Shown here piece after piece: positions 1-10,605 of a stretch of 51,117 bases of DNA (positions are counted from its first letter, which is position 1; every line of letters starts with the position of its first letter). Origin of the DNA: Chromera velia (taxonomy: Eukaryota); assembly GCA_018398765.1 (NCBI GenBank), contig JAHBMJ010000296.1:1-51117 (forward strand). The letters run 5' to 3'. A model generated the notes under the pieces. That model was not told the origin of the DNA. It searched no databases and saw nothing but the letters and a program-made list of their open reading frames with translations. A program made the position numbers and the translations under genes.

Positions 1-896
1 ACCACTTCTTCTGATGGAGACGGAACCGGAAAATCAAATGTCGTGTGGGGCGTCTCCTTCCACGTGCCTCCCTCTTCCATCACATCAACACCGCCCTCTT
101 CCATCAACTCATCTCCATCCATCCCGCCAAAATCGAATTCTCCATCAACTGCCTGTCCAGACACAACGCCTGCCTCCGTCTCAAAGCCAGGGGACACACT
201 CCCCCATCTGGCTCTCACAGTGTTCTCACCCGCCAGGCCATCGTGCGGTGAGCCACGCAACCGCATACTGTCACCTCGGCCGTTCAAAATATCATGCGGC
301 TCAAATCCTGCCTGTCTCGTGGCGACAGCGCTCGGAACATTCATACGAGAGCCTTGGATGCTGTTCCCAAACCCCCGCCCTTCTGACTGCAGTCGCCCTC
401 CTCCTTCTCCCAATCGCGCGACCGCACTGCGACTCTTACCCTCTGACCTTACTGGTAAACGGCGCCATGAAATGCGCCCTTCCTGCTTTCTCCTCCCTCT
501 CCCTTTCTCTTTCCCCACAGAAGCGGCTTTTTGATCTCCAGGTGACTGCTGTGATGGCTGCTGTGATGCCATTGGCTTCTCTGCCGCTTGCTTGTTGGCC
601 CAAGCTGCTGCCGTCAATCTTCGACTCCTGCGTGCTTTCGGCTTCTTTCCGGTCAGACGTTGTTTTGCTTCATCGCCCTTCCCTTCCTCTTCAAGGGTGG
701 GCGCGGCCGGTTGGCAGCCCCCTACCACCTCTGAAAGCTTCTTCACCAGTTGTTGACTCTCGTGCAAGAAGGCCTCACCGTTTTTCCGCACCTCCTTGAG
801 GGACACGTTCGCATACTTCTCCGAAAAGTCTTCAACAAGCGAAACAAAATGACTGAAACGATCCGTCACAGACATCACGACCATCCGATTGGACAT
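1..896 (-). CDS. Hypothetical protein, N-terminal part (runs off the window start)
   Basis: Reading the minus strand from ATG at 896 (MSNRMVVMSVTDRFSHFVSLVEDFSEKY...) gives a stop-free frame of about 298 codons to position 1. It is missing from the ORF track because there is no stop in the window. The plus-strand Pro/Ser-rich ORFs here are its antisense shadow. Confidence 0.7.
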   Translation of the reverse strand, partial: MSNRMVVMSVTDRFSHFVSLVEDFSEKYANVSLKEVRKNGEAFLHESQQLVKKLSEVVGGCQPAAPTLEEEGKGDEAKQRLTGKKPKARRSRRLTAAAWANKQAAEKPMASQQPSQQSPGDQKAASVGKEKGRGRRKQEGRISWRRLPVRSEGKSRSAVARLGEGGGRLQSEGRGFGNSIQGSRMNVPSAVATRQAGFEPHDILNGRGDSMRLRGSPHDGLAGENTVRARWGSVSPGFETEAGVVSGQAVDGEFDFGGMDGDELMEEGGVDVMEEGGTWKETPHTTFDFPVPSPSEEV

Positions 897-1779
897 TCTT
901 CAAAGAAAAGGAAACTGCAAGGAGCCTGTCACGGGGAAATAAGTCCCTGTGAATGTTTTTGGGTAGCTGTGTGTGTCGCTCTTCAGGGAATCGCCAACTG
1001 AGAACGATGCGACAATACCTTCATTCGACCAGTCAAAGACGGTCAACGAATCTACCTTATTTGAGCGGGTCGACCGCTCTGCTACCACGTTGGAGAGTGA
1101 CAGTTAGTTGGCTAGCATAACGGAGCTCATAGGTCGTAAGTTCAAGTTCTGTCATGCAAGGTTCGTACTTCTCTCTAAAGCAATGCTCTATTGCTTTCAG
1201 ACTGACTGACCTGCATAGACTTGCATTGCATGTGTATTGACTCATAGACGGCGCGACGCCATGCATGCGGCTAGGCTCGGCATGCGCGCGGCTCATTCCA
1301 TTCTGACACATGGAACCACTTATTGTTACTCAGACGCTCACATCGTTACGTGAATGCGTGGATCGTATGGAGCAGACAACGAATGAAAAAACAGGGCGCG
1401 AGCGTAAAGAAAATTAAGTGCCCCACAAACCTGTGTACTGCAAGCAGATGACCTACCGTAACTTCAGCTTGCTCAGCTCGCCAAAGTCGACGGAGAGCGT
1501 AATGCAGACAGCCATGCATCACAATTTAAAGTCGAGCCCCTCAGACACAGTACTGAGACACCCACTTCTCTGTACGCAACCATGAAAGTCAATCAATGTA
1601 GATGTAAAAACACCTGATGATGGTTGTCTGGCAGTAGCCGAAATCGGTTGTGTCAGCCGTATGTACGCGTACAGTGATTGACTGATCTGAGATAGAGACA
1701 ATGCATATCGAATTGAACTAGGAATTGAACAGCTACCAAGACTCTGAATATACAATCGTCCTATAGACAACCACATAAC

Positions 1780-2200
1780 TCAACAATTAATTAATAGTAA
1801 TTTATAATGCTAGATTTAATATTTTAAATTCTTAATTAACTTAGCAATAGAAATAAAAATTCAAGTCCATTAATACTATGTTATGTTAGTAAGTCCATAT
1901 GGAATTTACCCGAATAGATTCTACAGTAAATTTGTAAGATAAATTCCAGTATTAATTAAAAATGCCTTAAATTCCTTTTTTTGTTTTTGAATGGGAAAAC
2001 GTTCACCCTCCTAGTAAATTCCACTAGCTAAATTCCATGGGTAAATTCCATTAAATTCCACTAAATTCTATAAATCTAACTATAAATTTACAATATTTGT
2101 TTGGAACTTAGAAGTGCATTGAGGCACGCCACATTGAATTATTGAAAAAAACACACTTAACAACCTCCTTGTACAACATGTCTGAATCATGTCAATTTAC
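1780..2200. repeat. AT-rich degenerate repeat relic with reiterated TAAATTCCA motif
   Basis: Abrupt AT-rich, TpA-rich segment with several TAAATTCC(A) copies at about 1940, 1968, 2015, 2029, 2042 and 2052. Confidence 0.5.
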
Positions 2201-2223
2201 CTGAATTCTGGTAACTCTTCGAA

Positions 2224-3702
2224 TCACTGGCAAAGATCACTATCTGAAGAGGTTTCCTTCTTTCTACGCTCTTCTTCAAGTTCCTTCATTGCTTGACGTC
2301 GTCTCCGCACCTCCACCATGCTGCTCATCGCCCTGACCCCCTTCATGCAACTCCCGATGGAACCCAAAGCACCCAAACCCACACGTACACAAGGACAAGG
2401 AGGAGATGCATACGCATCACCCCCGACCCCGACATCCCCTCTAACCCCAACAGCACTACCAGGATCCCCGACGGAGAGGGAAGCAATCAGCGGATCTGCT
2501 AGATTTTTCCTTGGAGGAGGAGACGCGGCTTCAGACGTCTGAGTAAGGCTTTGTTCAGACATCTGATGGAGGCGTTGTTCAAAGTGCCTCGTCCCTCCTT
2601 CCGTCTCCTCCCCCTCCTCTTCCTCTTCCTCCTCCTCTTCTACAGGCTCATCTGTCCACAACTCCATCCGATCCATATCAGGCATCTGGTCAAGATCGAG
2701 GAAGTCATCTTCGTCTCCGAAAACTTTCTCTCGAGCCGTCTGTGGACTCTTGCTCTTTTTCTTCTTCTTCTTCTTTGATTTCTTTTGAATTTCAGCCAAA
2801 ATTCTCTCCTCCTCCTCTGTCCCCCCCTCTTCCTCTTCTGGGGGCAGGTCCCCCTGCATAACAAACATTGGGGAGACTACCTTCTTTACCTGAGCGTTGA
2901 AATCGGACTCCGCCATACCCAGATACCCCTTCCTTGCCTCTGGTGTCAAATCCTTAATTTGCGCAATTGCCTTCTTTCTCTGTGAATGGAGCCTGCCGAG
3001 CTCTTCTAGTTGTTCGTTTATCTTGGTGATCCCATCCATGCGCTCCTTGTAATACGGGTCAATGCCCTTTGAGCTGCTTTCCGTTTTCTCTTTGTACATC
3101 GCTTGCGTCACATCTATTGGGCCATAAGGCTCACACTGACTCTTCAATTTCTCTTTCATCTCCTCCCGCTGACGTTTCTTTCGTTTTTTGTTCTTCAACT
3201 GACGCATCTCCTTATTTGACATTTCCACCCACTCAACTTCCTCCCCATCTTCTTCTTGTGCCTTTTCAGCGATACCCTCGAGCACCTCGGCATCTCTGCT
3301 CTGTGCTGCTTTGCCGTCTCCTCCGATGTCTGTGACACCGTCTCTCTGGAGACGTGCTTGCCTGGCAGTTGAGACGAAAGAAGCTCGCAATGGAGTCTTC
3401 TTTTCCGAACGATCCTGCAGACCCGCCACAGGCTTCTGGTCTCCTCCTTCCTCCTGCTCTCCCTGATCCCACCACCCTTCAAGAATTTCGGACAAGTCCG
3501 AGTCCACCGTTCCCCGGAGACGCGACCGTTCGAAAATCGCCTGCCCTCTCGAGTCGCTTCTCTCTTTCCTTGGAGACCGAGAATTAATACTCGGGAACAC
3601 AAATGCAAGACGTAAACGAGGTGTCTGAGCAAAGTGATTGGATTCCCCCCACGAAAAATGGGTCTGTGCAATCGCCACGAGAAACGCTGTTGTTCGCAAC
3701 AT
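2224..3702 (-). CDS. Hypothetical acidic/Lys-rich coiled-coil protein (about 492 aa), possible N-terminal targeting peptide
   Basis: Long stop-free ORF 2224..3924 with first ATG at 3702 (MLRTTAFLVAIAQ...). Contains E-rich and K-rich tracts and a helical segment (ERMDGITKINEQLEELGRLHSQRKKAIAQIK). No family recognised. Confidence 0.7.
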   Translation of the reverse strand: MLRTTAFLVAIAQTHFSWGESNHFAQTPRLRLAFVFPSINSRSPRKERSDSRGQAIFERSRLRGTVDSDLSEILEGWWDQGEQEEGGDQKPVAGLQDRSEKKTPLRASFVSTARQARLQRDGVTDIGGDGKAAQSRDAEVLEGIAEKAQEEDGEEVEWVEMSNKEMRQLKNKKRKKRQREEMKEKLKSQCEPYGPIDVTQAMYKEKTESSSKGIDPYYKERMDGITKINEQLEELGRLHSQRKKAIAQIKDLTPEARKGYLGMAESDFNAQVKKVVSPMFVMQGDLPPEEEEGGTEEEERILAEIQKKSKKKKKKKSKSPQTAREKVFGDEDDFLDLDQMPDMDRMELWTDEPVEEEEEEEEEGEETEGGTRHFEQRLHQMSEQSLTQTSEAASPPPRKNLADPLIASLSVGDPGSAVGVRGDVGVGGDAYASPPCPCVRVGLGALGSIGSCMKGVRAMSSMVEVRRRRQAMKELEEERRKKETSSDSDLCQ

Positions 3703-4949
3703 CGTCTCGCTGGCAACGCCTGGATGAAAAAGCTGCAACCACACTCCGTCCCAAGACTTTAAAGTACAAAAGGTTCTTACGAACACTCGATCCCCTCCGA
3801 TTTCCACGAGACTTATACATATAGCAATTCGATCTGAAATGTAACATTCAGACCTCTCTTTACCCTCGATCGTCCATCCAGCAACAGGGGATCTGGCAAC
3901 ATCTGCATGGCAACAATACTGCAAATGTGTCGGCGTTAGCTAGCAGGCTCCGTGTGCGAAAGCCGGGGTTCCTCGCCAGGCTCAGCGAGTTGGCCGATTC
4001 CGCGGGCTTAGGGCCCTAGGGTTTTTACGGTGCTCTGACTTTCTAGCTCCTAGCGTACTTATGCATGTCGAACTTCACCGGTGTTTGATACCGGGCGGTG
4101 AGCTCTGTGATGATGCTTAGGGCCCGAGGACCGGCCTCACGAAATTATCCCCGCGTGCAGCGTCAAACGCTACGAGACGGGAAATTTCGAGCTGTTGACA
4201 GACCGATTCAACAGAAAGCTGGAGAAAACAGCTAAGCCTCACTTAGCTGGCTAAGAACTCCACCTCCTTATCTCATCGCGACGGAATCAATTATCAAATC
4301 GAAGTCCCTTTTTTTGTTTGCCCGCCCTTCCACCACTTTTTTCCTCTTATAATCGTGGGTAGTCACGCTACCCCCAAGAAGCCTTCCTATGACCCTATAG
4401 TCTGTCAATCAAACTCCGGGCTTTGGCAGCCTGGCGCCTTTGGCGCCAGGGCTTTGACGATAGAAAGCTCATTCTTTCTAGTATGCAGTATCGTCAAAGC
4501 TCTGGCGACAGAAAGCTAATTCTTTCTAGTATGAAATATACCTCCAGTCCATTGTAGCTTAAAAAACATTATAACCTAATTTAATCTAGTTTAACCTCGT
4601 TTTAAAATATTTTAATACTCTCTTATAGTATCTGCTATAAACAACTTAAAGATTTAAAATAACAAAAAAAAAAAATATCGATTTTAATCAGTTTGAATCT
4701 GTTAGTCTTAGTCAGTCTTCATTTAGGAATTCTAGATCCACGGACTCTGTTTGCAGTAGGGCGATAGTCATCGTCATCATTATCAGACTCTGTAGACCCC
4801 CCTCCTTCACTACCACTATATTCGCTTGTCGCCCGGGCAAACATTTAAGTAGCCTTTGCTTTCACCTTACTTTTTGCCTTAGCCTTTGCTTTTACTTTCG
4901 CTTTTCCTTTTGCTTGTGCTCTTTATCCTCTTGCTTGACACCTTTCGTG

Positions 4950-6750
4950 CCGTCAAGCCTCCACCTCCACAGCTTTTTCAATCAATTGGCTAACATCCCC
5001 AGTTGCAGATTCAGCAGATAAATTAGAAGCTGCAGCAGGAGGTGCACTAGCGCAAACGATTGTGTGCGCCGGTACACCAACTTTCGACTTGAAGGGCTGA
5101 TACTCTGTCGTCAGAGCCCATAATTCTCTGCTTTTATTGAAAACTTCAAAGGCTAGAGCCCTTTGAACCTCGCTCAACTCTCCACCTGCGTGAGCAGAAA
5201 GACATCTTGCATTCAGCTCCTTCTTTATTTCTCTTTTTGTGAGAACCTGCAGCCCCTGTCTCCAAACGTTTTCTTTTTATCTGGCTGTCAGCTCTCTCCA
5301 AATTTTCAATGTTTGAAAGTAAAGTAAAAGAGGGAAAGAATGAATTTTCATGCCTTTCCCACCTGCATCTCTCTCAAGGCTAGTACATCAACCTTCTTTA
5401 TTGAACAAGACATGGCAGCCAATGTCATACAGAGGAATCAAAGGGTACAAAAGAGTTCGAAGAAAGTTAGAGAAGAAGACTCCTCCCTCCCCTAAGGTTA
5501 AAAAGGATACAACTGCATAGGCACGGTCAACATCCTCTTTTGCAAGTGACTGATATACAAAGTACTTCCCTGTTCATTTATTTGCACAAAACGTGAGTTG
5601 TTCAATACACACAAACACACAAGATGCGGTGGCTTACTCGAAAGAAGGAGCACTCTGTCAGATCTGCCTTCCTCTCTTAAAGGCTCCCCATTAAAAGTGA
5701 AACGGAGAAGCTAATACACATCGCCCTTCCAGTATCCCTTACAAGATGCATCATCTCGGTGAATCACTGCCTGTCTGGTCGAGCCGTAAAAACGATGACG
5801 GCCTGCTGCCGCCATGTCTTTCAACGTTGTTGGCATGACTTTATTTACTGCAGCTTTTACAATCGTTGCAAGGTGCCTTCCATCATCCCCAAACACCTCA
5901 AGCAAATTGCTGAACCATGCTTGGATGAGTTCCATATCCTTCTTCTCCTTCAAGCACTTCATAAGGCGGTCCACCTTCTTGTCACCTGTTAGGTCAGCCC
6001 TCTGCACGAGGGCAGTAACATCCAACTAATTTCTGATCGGCCTTTCCGCCGTCTCCCCAGAGCTTCCTGGCTTGTTCGAGAAGATGAGGGGCTTGTTAGG
6101 CTTGTCGGGGTTATCGGGCTTCGGCTTCTTTAGGGCTCCCTATGCTGCAAACAAGATAAAAGAGACAAAGGCAATAGAAGAGTCAGATCCACAGTTATAT
6201 AGTCTGAGATAGTATATGAAGAGAAGTGGAGAACACTGACCACGGATGCAGTTTTTCGACATGCATGCATGCAGAACGATTAAGTCAGCAAGTGAAAAAG
6301 AAACGGACCCATCCAGTTGGCCATCAATCCCCGCGATGCTCCAGAAGGCTTAGGAGGACTCTCCTCCCGCGCAGAGGGGGAAGCAGTCCGTTTCCAAGAC
6401 TGCGTGTTAGCCTCCTACACCGGGGGTGCCTTTTACTGAGGTTCCGCATTCTGTGAGCCCCCTCTAAGCCGCTTGAAAAGAAAAGTCTTCAATTCATCGG
6501 CCTGTCGAACATGTTGAAGCTTCAGAGCTTCAAATTCCTTTCAAGGTTCAAAGTACTTCTCAATGTGCTCTCAGACTGTGGATTCCACCCCCAACGTCTT
6601 TAGAAAGAACTCTGAAACTGACTTCGCAAGGGCCGCATCTTCAAGGAAGTCCGACACAGCGATTCGCAAACGAGCGTCAAAAGGTAGGCTGCATATTTTG
6701 GGAAAAAAAAAGTATACAGACACGGTCAGATCGAATTCGTCAGCCTAAGG
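4950..6750 (-). pseudogene. Degenerate spliced gene inside the TIR element
   Basis: Minus-strand ORF fragments 5711..6025 and 4953..5177. An exon near 5570-5380 (KYFVYQSLAKEDVDRAYAVVSF...LYDIGCHVLF) is joined by a GTAAG...AACAG intron. In-frame TAG stops are present. Confidence 0.5.
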
Positions 6751-6885
6751 ATAGGTGCTGACCATAGTGGACCGACATACAGTAACAAACTAGAAGACCA
6801 AGACGTTTTTCAGATAGCTTTTGCACCTTTGTGCATGCATGCATTAATATATATAACTGCAAAAGCCACATATAGGCTTTGGGGC

Positions 6886-7072
6886 GGCACGGTCGGGCTT
6901 TGGTAGCCCCGGCGCGCCTTCGGCACGGTCGGGCTCTGACAGGCCCACGCCTTTGGCGTGGTTGGGCTTTGGCAGGCCCGCGCCTTCGGTGCGGTCGGGC
7001 TTTGACAGACCCGCGCCTTCGGCACGGTCGGGCTTTGACAGCCAGGCGCCTTCGGCGCCCGGGCTTTGACAC
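6886..7072 (+). repeat. 33-bp tandem subterminal repeat, about 6 copies
   Basis: Consensus GGCACGGTCGGGCTTTGACAGGCCCGCGCCTTC repeated head to tail. It explains the repetitive ORFs in all frames. Confidence 0.9.
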
Positions 7073-7235
7073 CCGTTCCGAATCAACCATAGGAAGCCTT
7101 CTTGGGGGTAAGTCATGCATATACCCTACTCACCCATCCGGCAGACTAGATCTGTCCACACAGGTTGATAGCGGTAGTGACGTTAGCTGCGATTAGTTCA
7201 AAAGGGGGTTACGGTTTGAGTCGTCCGATTAACGC

Positions 7236-8386
7236 AGCAAGGGTCTGAACGCATTGCCCCCTGGTTTGCTTCACCCTCTGTCCGTTCCTTCGCAGCCATG
7301 GGAGTCAGTCTGCCTGGACTTTCTCACCGACCTCCCTCCTTCAGGGGATGAACGATATGACACCATCATGGTGGTGGTGTGCAGGCTGATCAAGGCAGCC
7401 ATTCTCGTCCCCACCCATCGAATTGCAAGTGCTGAAGAGACTGCCCGTCTCTATTGGCGCTTTGTCACGTGTAAGAAGGGGTATCAGAGGCAGATTGTCT
7501 CCAATCGAGACCCCCGTTTTGTTTTAAAATTTTGGTAGACTCTTTATGCCCTCTCGGGCACTCAGCTCGATTTCTCCACCTCTGGTCACCATGATACAGC
7601 AGGGCAGGCTGAGAGAATGAATCGAACGATTGAGGAGGCCCTCCGATGCCTGGTTGAGACGAAACAGACTCACTGGTCCGAATTTCTCTGTAACGTGGAG
7701 TTTGCCTACAACTCCTCAGTGCATGAGGGGACGTCCTTTTCCCCTTTCACTCTCGATACAGGCCGATAAGCAGTAGCCCCTCCCTCCCTTTCCCTTCCTT
7801 CCTCGGTCGAACAGTCTTTCGACGCTGAGGACTTCCTGGAGGGACACCGACAGATGGTCACAGCAGCAACTGAGTCTTTGAGGGCAGCACAGGGGATCAT
7901 GACAAGGTATGCAAACCAGCACCGGCGTCCCGCCGATGGCATTCAGGGGGGCAGTATGTTTTGGTGCACCGATCGTGGTGGCCTCAGCCAGTGGGGAAAG
8001 GGAAGGAGTATGTAAGGAAGCTCGATTCTGTCTGGTTTGGACTGTTTGAGGTTGAAGCGGTTCTACCGAGGGACAATCTGGAGGTCGTCTTGCCTGCGGG
8101 GTGCCGAAAGCACCCCGTTATTCACCAATCTCTCTGCAAGCCCTATCGTCAGTCAGGGGGAGGGACAGTCGTCCGTCCCCCGTCAGTCTGCATGCCCGCT
8201 TGGGCTGAGGAGGAGTTCGAAGTTGAGCGAGTTGTCACCGTGCGGGGCAGGGGAGGAGGGAGAGAGTACCGTATGCAATGGAAAGGGTTCCCTGCTGAGG
8301 AGGCAACCTGGGAGCCTCTCTCAAACCTGAAGAATGTGAAGGCCATGATTGCTGCCTTCCATGCGTCTGCCCGTCGTTCCGTTTGA
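7236..8386 (+). mobile_element. Ty3/Gypsy chromovirus remnant: integrase core, GPY/F module and chromodomain (pseudogene)
   Basis: Motifs [71 protein letters not shown] and chromodomain EFEVERVV...EYRMQWKGFPAEEATWEPLSNL. In-frame stops at 7536 and 7767, and one frameshift near 7950. Confidence 0.95.
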
Positions 8387-8575
8387 GGTTACTGATTGAG
8401 GGCATTGCAAGTCCGTTGTCTTTGAAATTCTTGTTTTCTCCGTTTGATCTCTCTCTGAAGACCTCTTTTCCCTCTCTCCTTGAACCTGTCCTTTTTACCT
8501 TTTCATCTAGTCTGTCTGAAAACGAAACTTGTCTTCTCTTCAAATGAAGCATGTCTGTGTGGGGACACAGACTTC

Positions 8576-8880
8576 GGGGGGGAGGTGGCACGTTACATTG
8601 CGATATGTAGTTGTTCGCTCTAGCCGGAGTTGATCGCCCGAGCTAATCATGCTGTAATGAATTAAGTCAAAGAGTAAGATTATCCTGAAAGCGTCTTTCC
8701 AGTCATGCACTAAGTTGAGTACTAAGCTTGCATTCAAGTCCGTCCATGCCTATGTCGTTCTATGGGCGCGCCCCTAATGTTGTATCTGTATTGGAATTAA
8801 TATCAGAATTAATTCCACTCACGTGCATGCTCGTCTTGTCCGTATAACTGTCCTGACTGATAGCTTTGGTACTACAAGAC
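8576..8880 (+). mobile_element. Polypurine tract and probable 3' LTR of the Gypsy remnant
   Basis: GGGGGGGAGG (8576-8585) is followed by TG at 8586, about 200 nt after the integrase stop. The LTR right end cannot be fixed because the 5' LTR is absent. Confidence 0.5.
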
Positions 8881-9597
8881 TCCCGAACTAACAGTTCTTA
8901 TGCAGTAACCAGTCATACTAAGTCTAGGTCTGTAGTGCTCCACAGACACTAGGCTTTTCCTTACGGATTATAGTGGTACATCGTAAAACGATCTATGCTA
9001 TATCGGTCTGACTAGTCCCGCTTGCATGCTCGTGAGCCTAAAATGGCTCTCTAGCCGCAGACACGATATATCCAACAGCAAAAGCCTCCGATATACCCGA
9101 GCTTAGTGGCTATCTGCGATATAGCAGCCTGCGAGGAACAGAAAAATATAGAAAATGCTTGCATGCGCATGCAGGGCGGCGCGCACCATGCATGCCCCCG
9201 GCCCGCCCGCGCGCGGCGCGCCTGCATGGCGCGCGCATGCATCGACCTCGCACGCATGCATGGCCGCGTATATAAATGGCGCGCGCAGTGAGAGCGAAAA
9301 TGCAGCTGCTATATGCATCTGTATATTTCAGCTGCATGTCTATAGGGATCGAATCTGACAGGACGTTGACAATGATCGCAATTCGTTTCGGCAGAGAAAA
9401 GCGAGCTCGAGTCCCAAACGAACTTGCAGCGTCCTGATTTTGTTTCTTTCCGTCACTGCTTTGGACAGGCATTCGCATTGACACTTGGTTGACTCTGCGC
9501 AACAGTTGACATGTTCAAGCAACAGTATCGAGGTGTTGCTGCGTTTGTACACACATATATTCCTGCTTAAGTGAATTTGGGATTGCCTGCTGTCGAG

Positions 9598-10605
9598 ATG
9601 AAATTTGTAATCGTTTTTTGTATTCTCTCAGTGGCTGGTTACTTCACGTCAGCCTCTGCCCAGCTCCTCAACCCAAACTGCTCTTCAGCACAGGCTCAAA
9701 AAGGACGGGGTGAAGGTTGTTTGACTGACGACGATTGCAATAACGACGCAGATGGCCATTGTCATGGGGTCTTCAAGACATGCGGAAAAACCGATAGAGA
9801 CACCGATTGTAAAACATCTGCAGACTGCAGCAACGCAGCCGACAACCATTGCCACGGTGTCACATCGACATGCGGAAAGTCGAATGTCACGCAAGCGTGT
9901 TCAGTGAACGAAGACTGCAACCTGGAGTTTGCACACGGATGGTGCAACAAGGCCTTCCCGCACAACGAAACGAATCCCGATGTCGGTGTATGCGGCAAAA
10001 ACGGATTTTGTGACAAGTGCACCATAGTGAATGGAATCCCCACCCATGAAGACTGTTTGTCAGGTCACTGCAAAATGACACACCATGAAAATTTCGGAAT
10101 CTGCGCGAATCAGAAGACCTACGAAGCGCCGTGCAGACATTTACTCGACTGCAGTGACCATTATTTCTGCAGCAGTAATACCGTGTGTGAACTATGGATC
10201 GAGGCCAACTGGAAAGACCGCATGGGGGATTCGTGTGAGTTTTACAGTCAGCCTTTCCATGGAGGTGGGACGTCGGAAACTGTGGGTTTTTCCAATCGAT
10301 GTGACCCTCAATGGACCCAGAGTTTCAAAATTAACGCACGAGACCCAAGCACAGAGTGCATCCAATGCCGTCATCCCCAGGGCGGCTACTTTTGGAATTC
10401 TCAAACCAATGTGGGAGCAGATTTGACCCCGGTGTTTGATCGAGCTCTGATGAATCAGACAGCGTTGCAGTGCGGTCCCACGGGGTCGCTCTTACCAACA
10501 AGCCGGCAGGGGACCTGGAACATGGAGGATTTGTTCAAAAACTTCTTTGATAACGCGACGATGGTCACTTCGTACATCGTCAGACCTCGAGACCCAAGTG
10601 CTTAG
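9598..10605 (+). CDS. Secreted Cys/His-rich repeat protein (335 aa, intronless)
   Basis: Signal peptide MKFVIVFCILSVAGYFTSASA. Tandem 30-aa repeats C-x4-DC-x6-HCHGV-x2-TCGK and further C-x4-DC modules. Motif WKDRMGDSCEFY. Confidence 0.85.
   Translation: MKFVIVFCILSVAGYFTSASAQLLNPNCSSAQAQKGRGEGCLTDDDCNNDADGHCHGVFKTCGKTDRDTDCKTSADCSNAADNHCHGVTSTCGKSNVTQACSVNEDCNLEFAHGWCNKAFPHNETNPDVGVCGKNGFCDKCTIVNGIPTHEDCLSGHCKMTHHENFGICANQKTYEAPCRHLLDCSDHYFCSSNTVCELWIEANWKDRMGDSCEFYSQPFHGGGTSETVGFSNRCDPQWTQSFKINARDPSTECIQCRHPQGGYFWNSQTNVGADLTPVFDRALMNQTALQCGPTGSLLPTSRQGTWNMEDLFKNFFDNATMVTSYIVRPRDPSA

Larger units (their letters stand above)
4371..7108. mobile_element. Decayed DNA transposon with 21-bp TIRs, TA flanks and subterminal repeats
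   Basis: Left TIR CCCCCAAGAAGCCTTCCTATG (4371-4391) and right TIR CATAGGAAGCCTTCTTGGGGG (7088-7108) match 20/21 inverted. TA lies immediately outside both (4369-4370, 7109-7110). Related GGGCTTTG(G/A)CAGCC...GCGCCTTCGGC repeats occur inside both ends. Confidence 0.8.

Noticed and set aside
14..799. Plus-strand 261-aa and 163-aa ORFs
   Set aside because: They are antisense shadows of the open minus-strand frame starting at 896.
6886..7072. 33-bp repeats as a CRISPR array
   Set aside because: Head-to-tail copies with no unique spacers, no cas genes, and a eukaryotic context.
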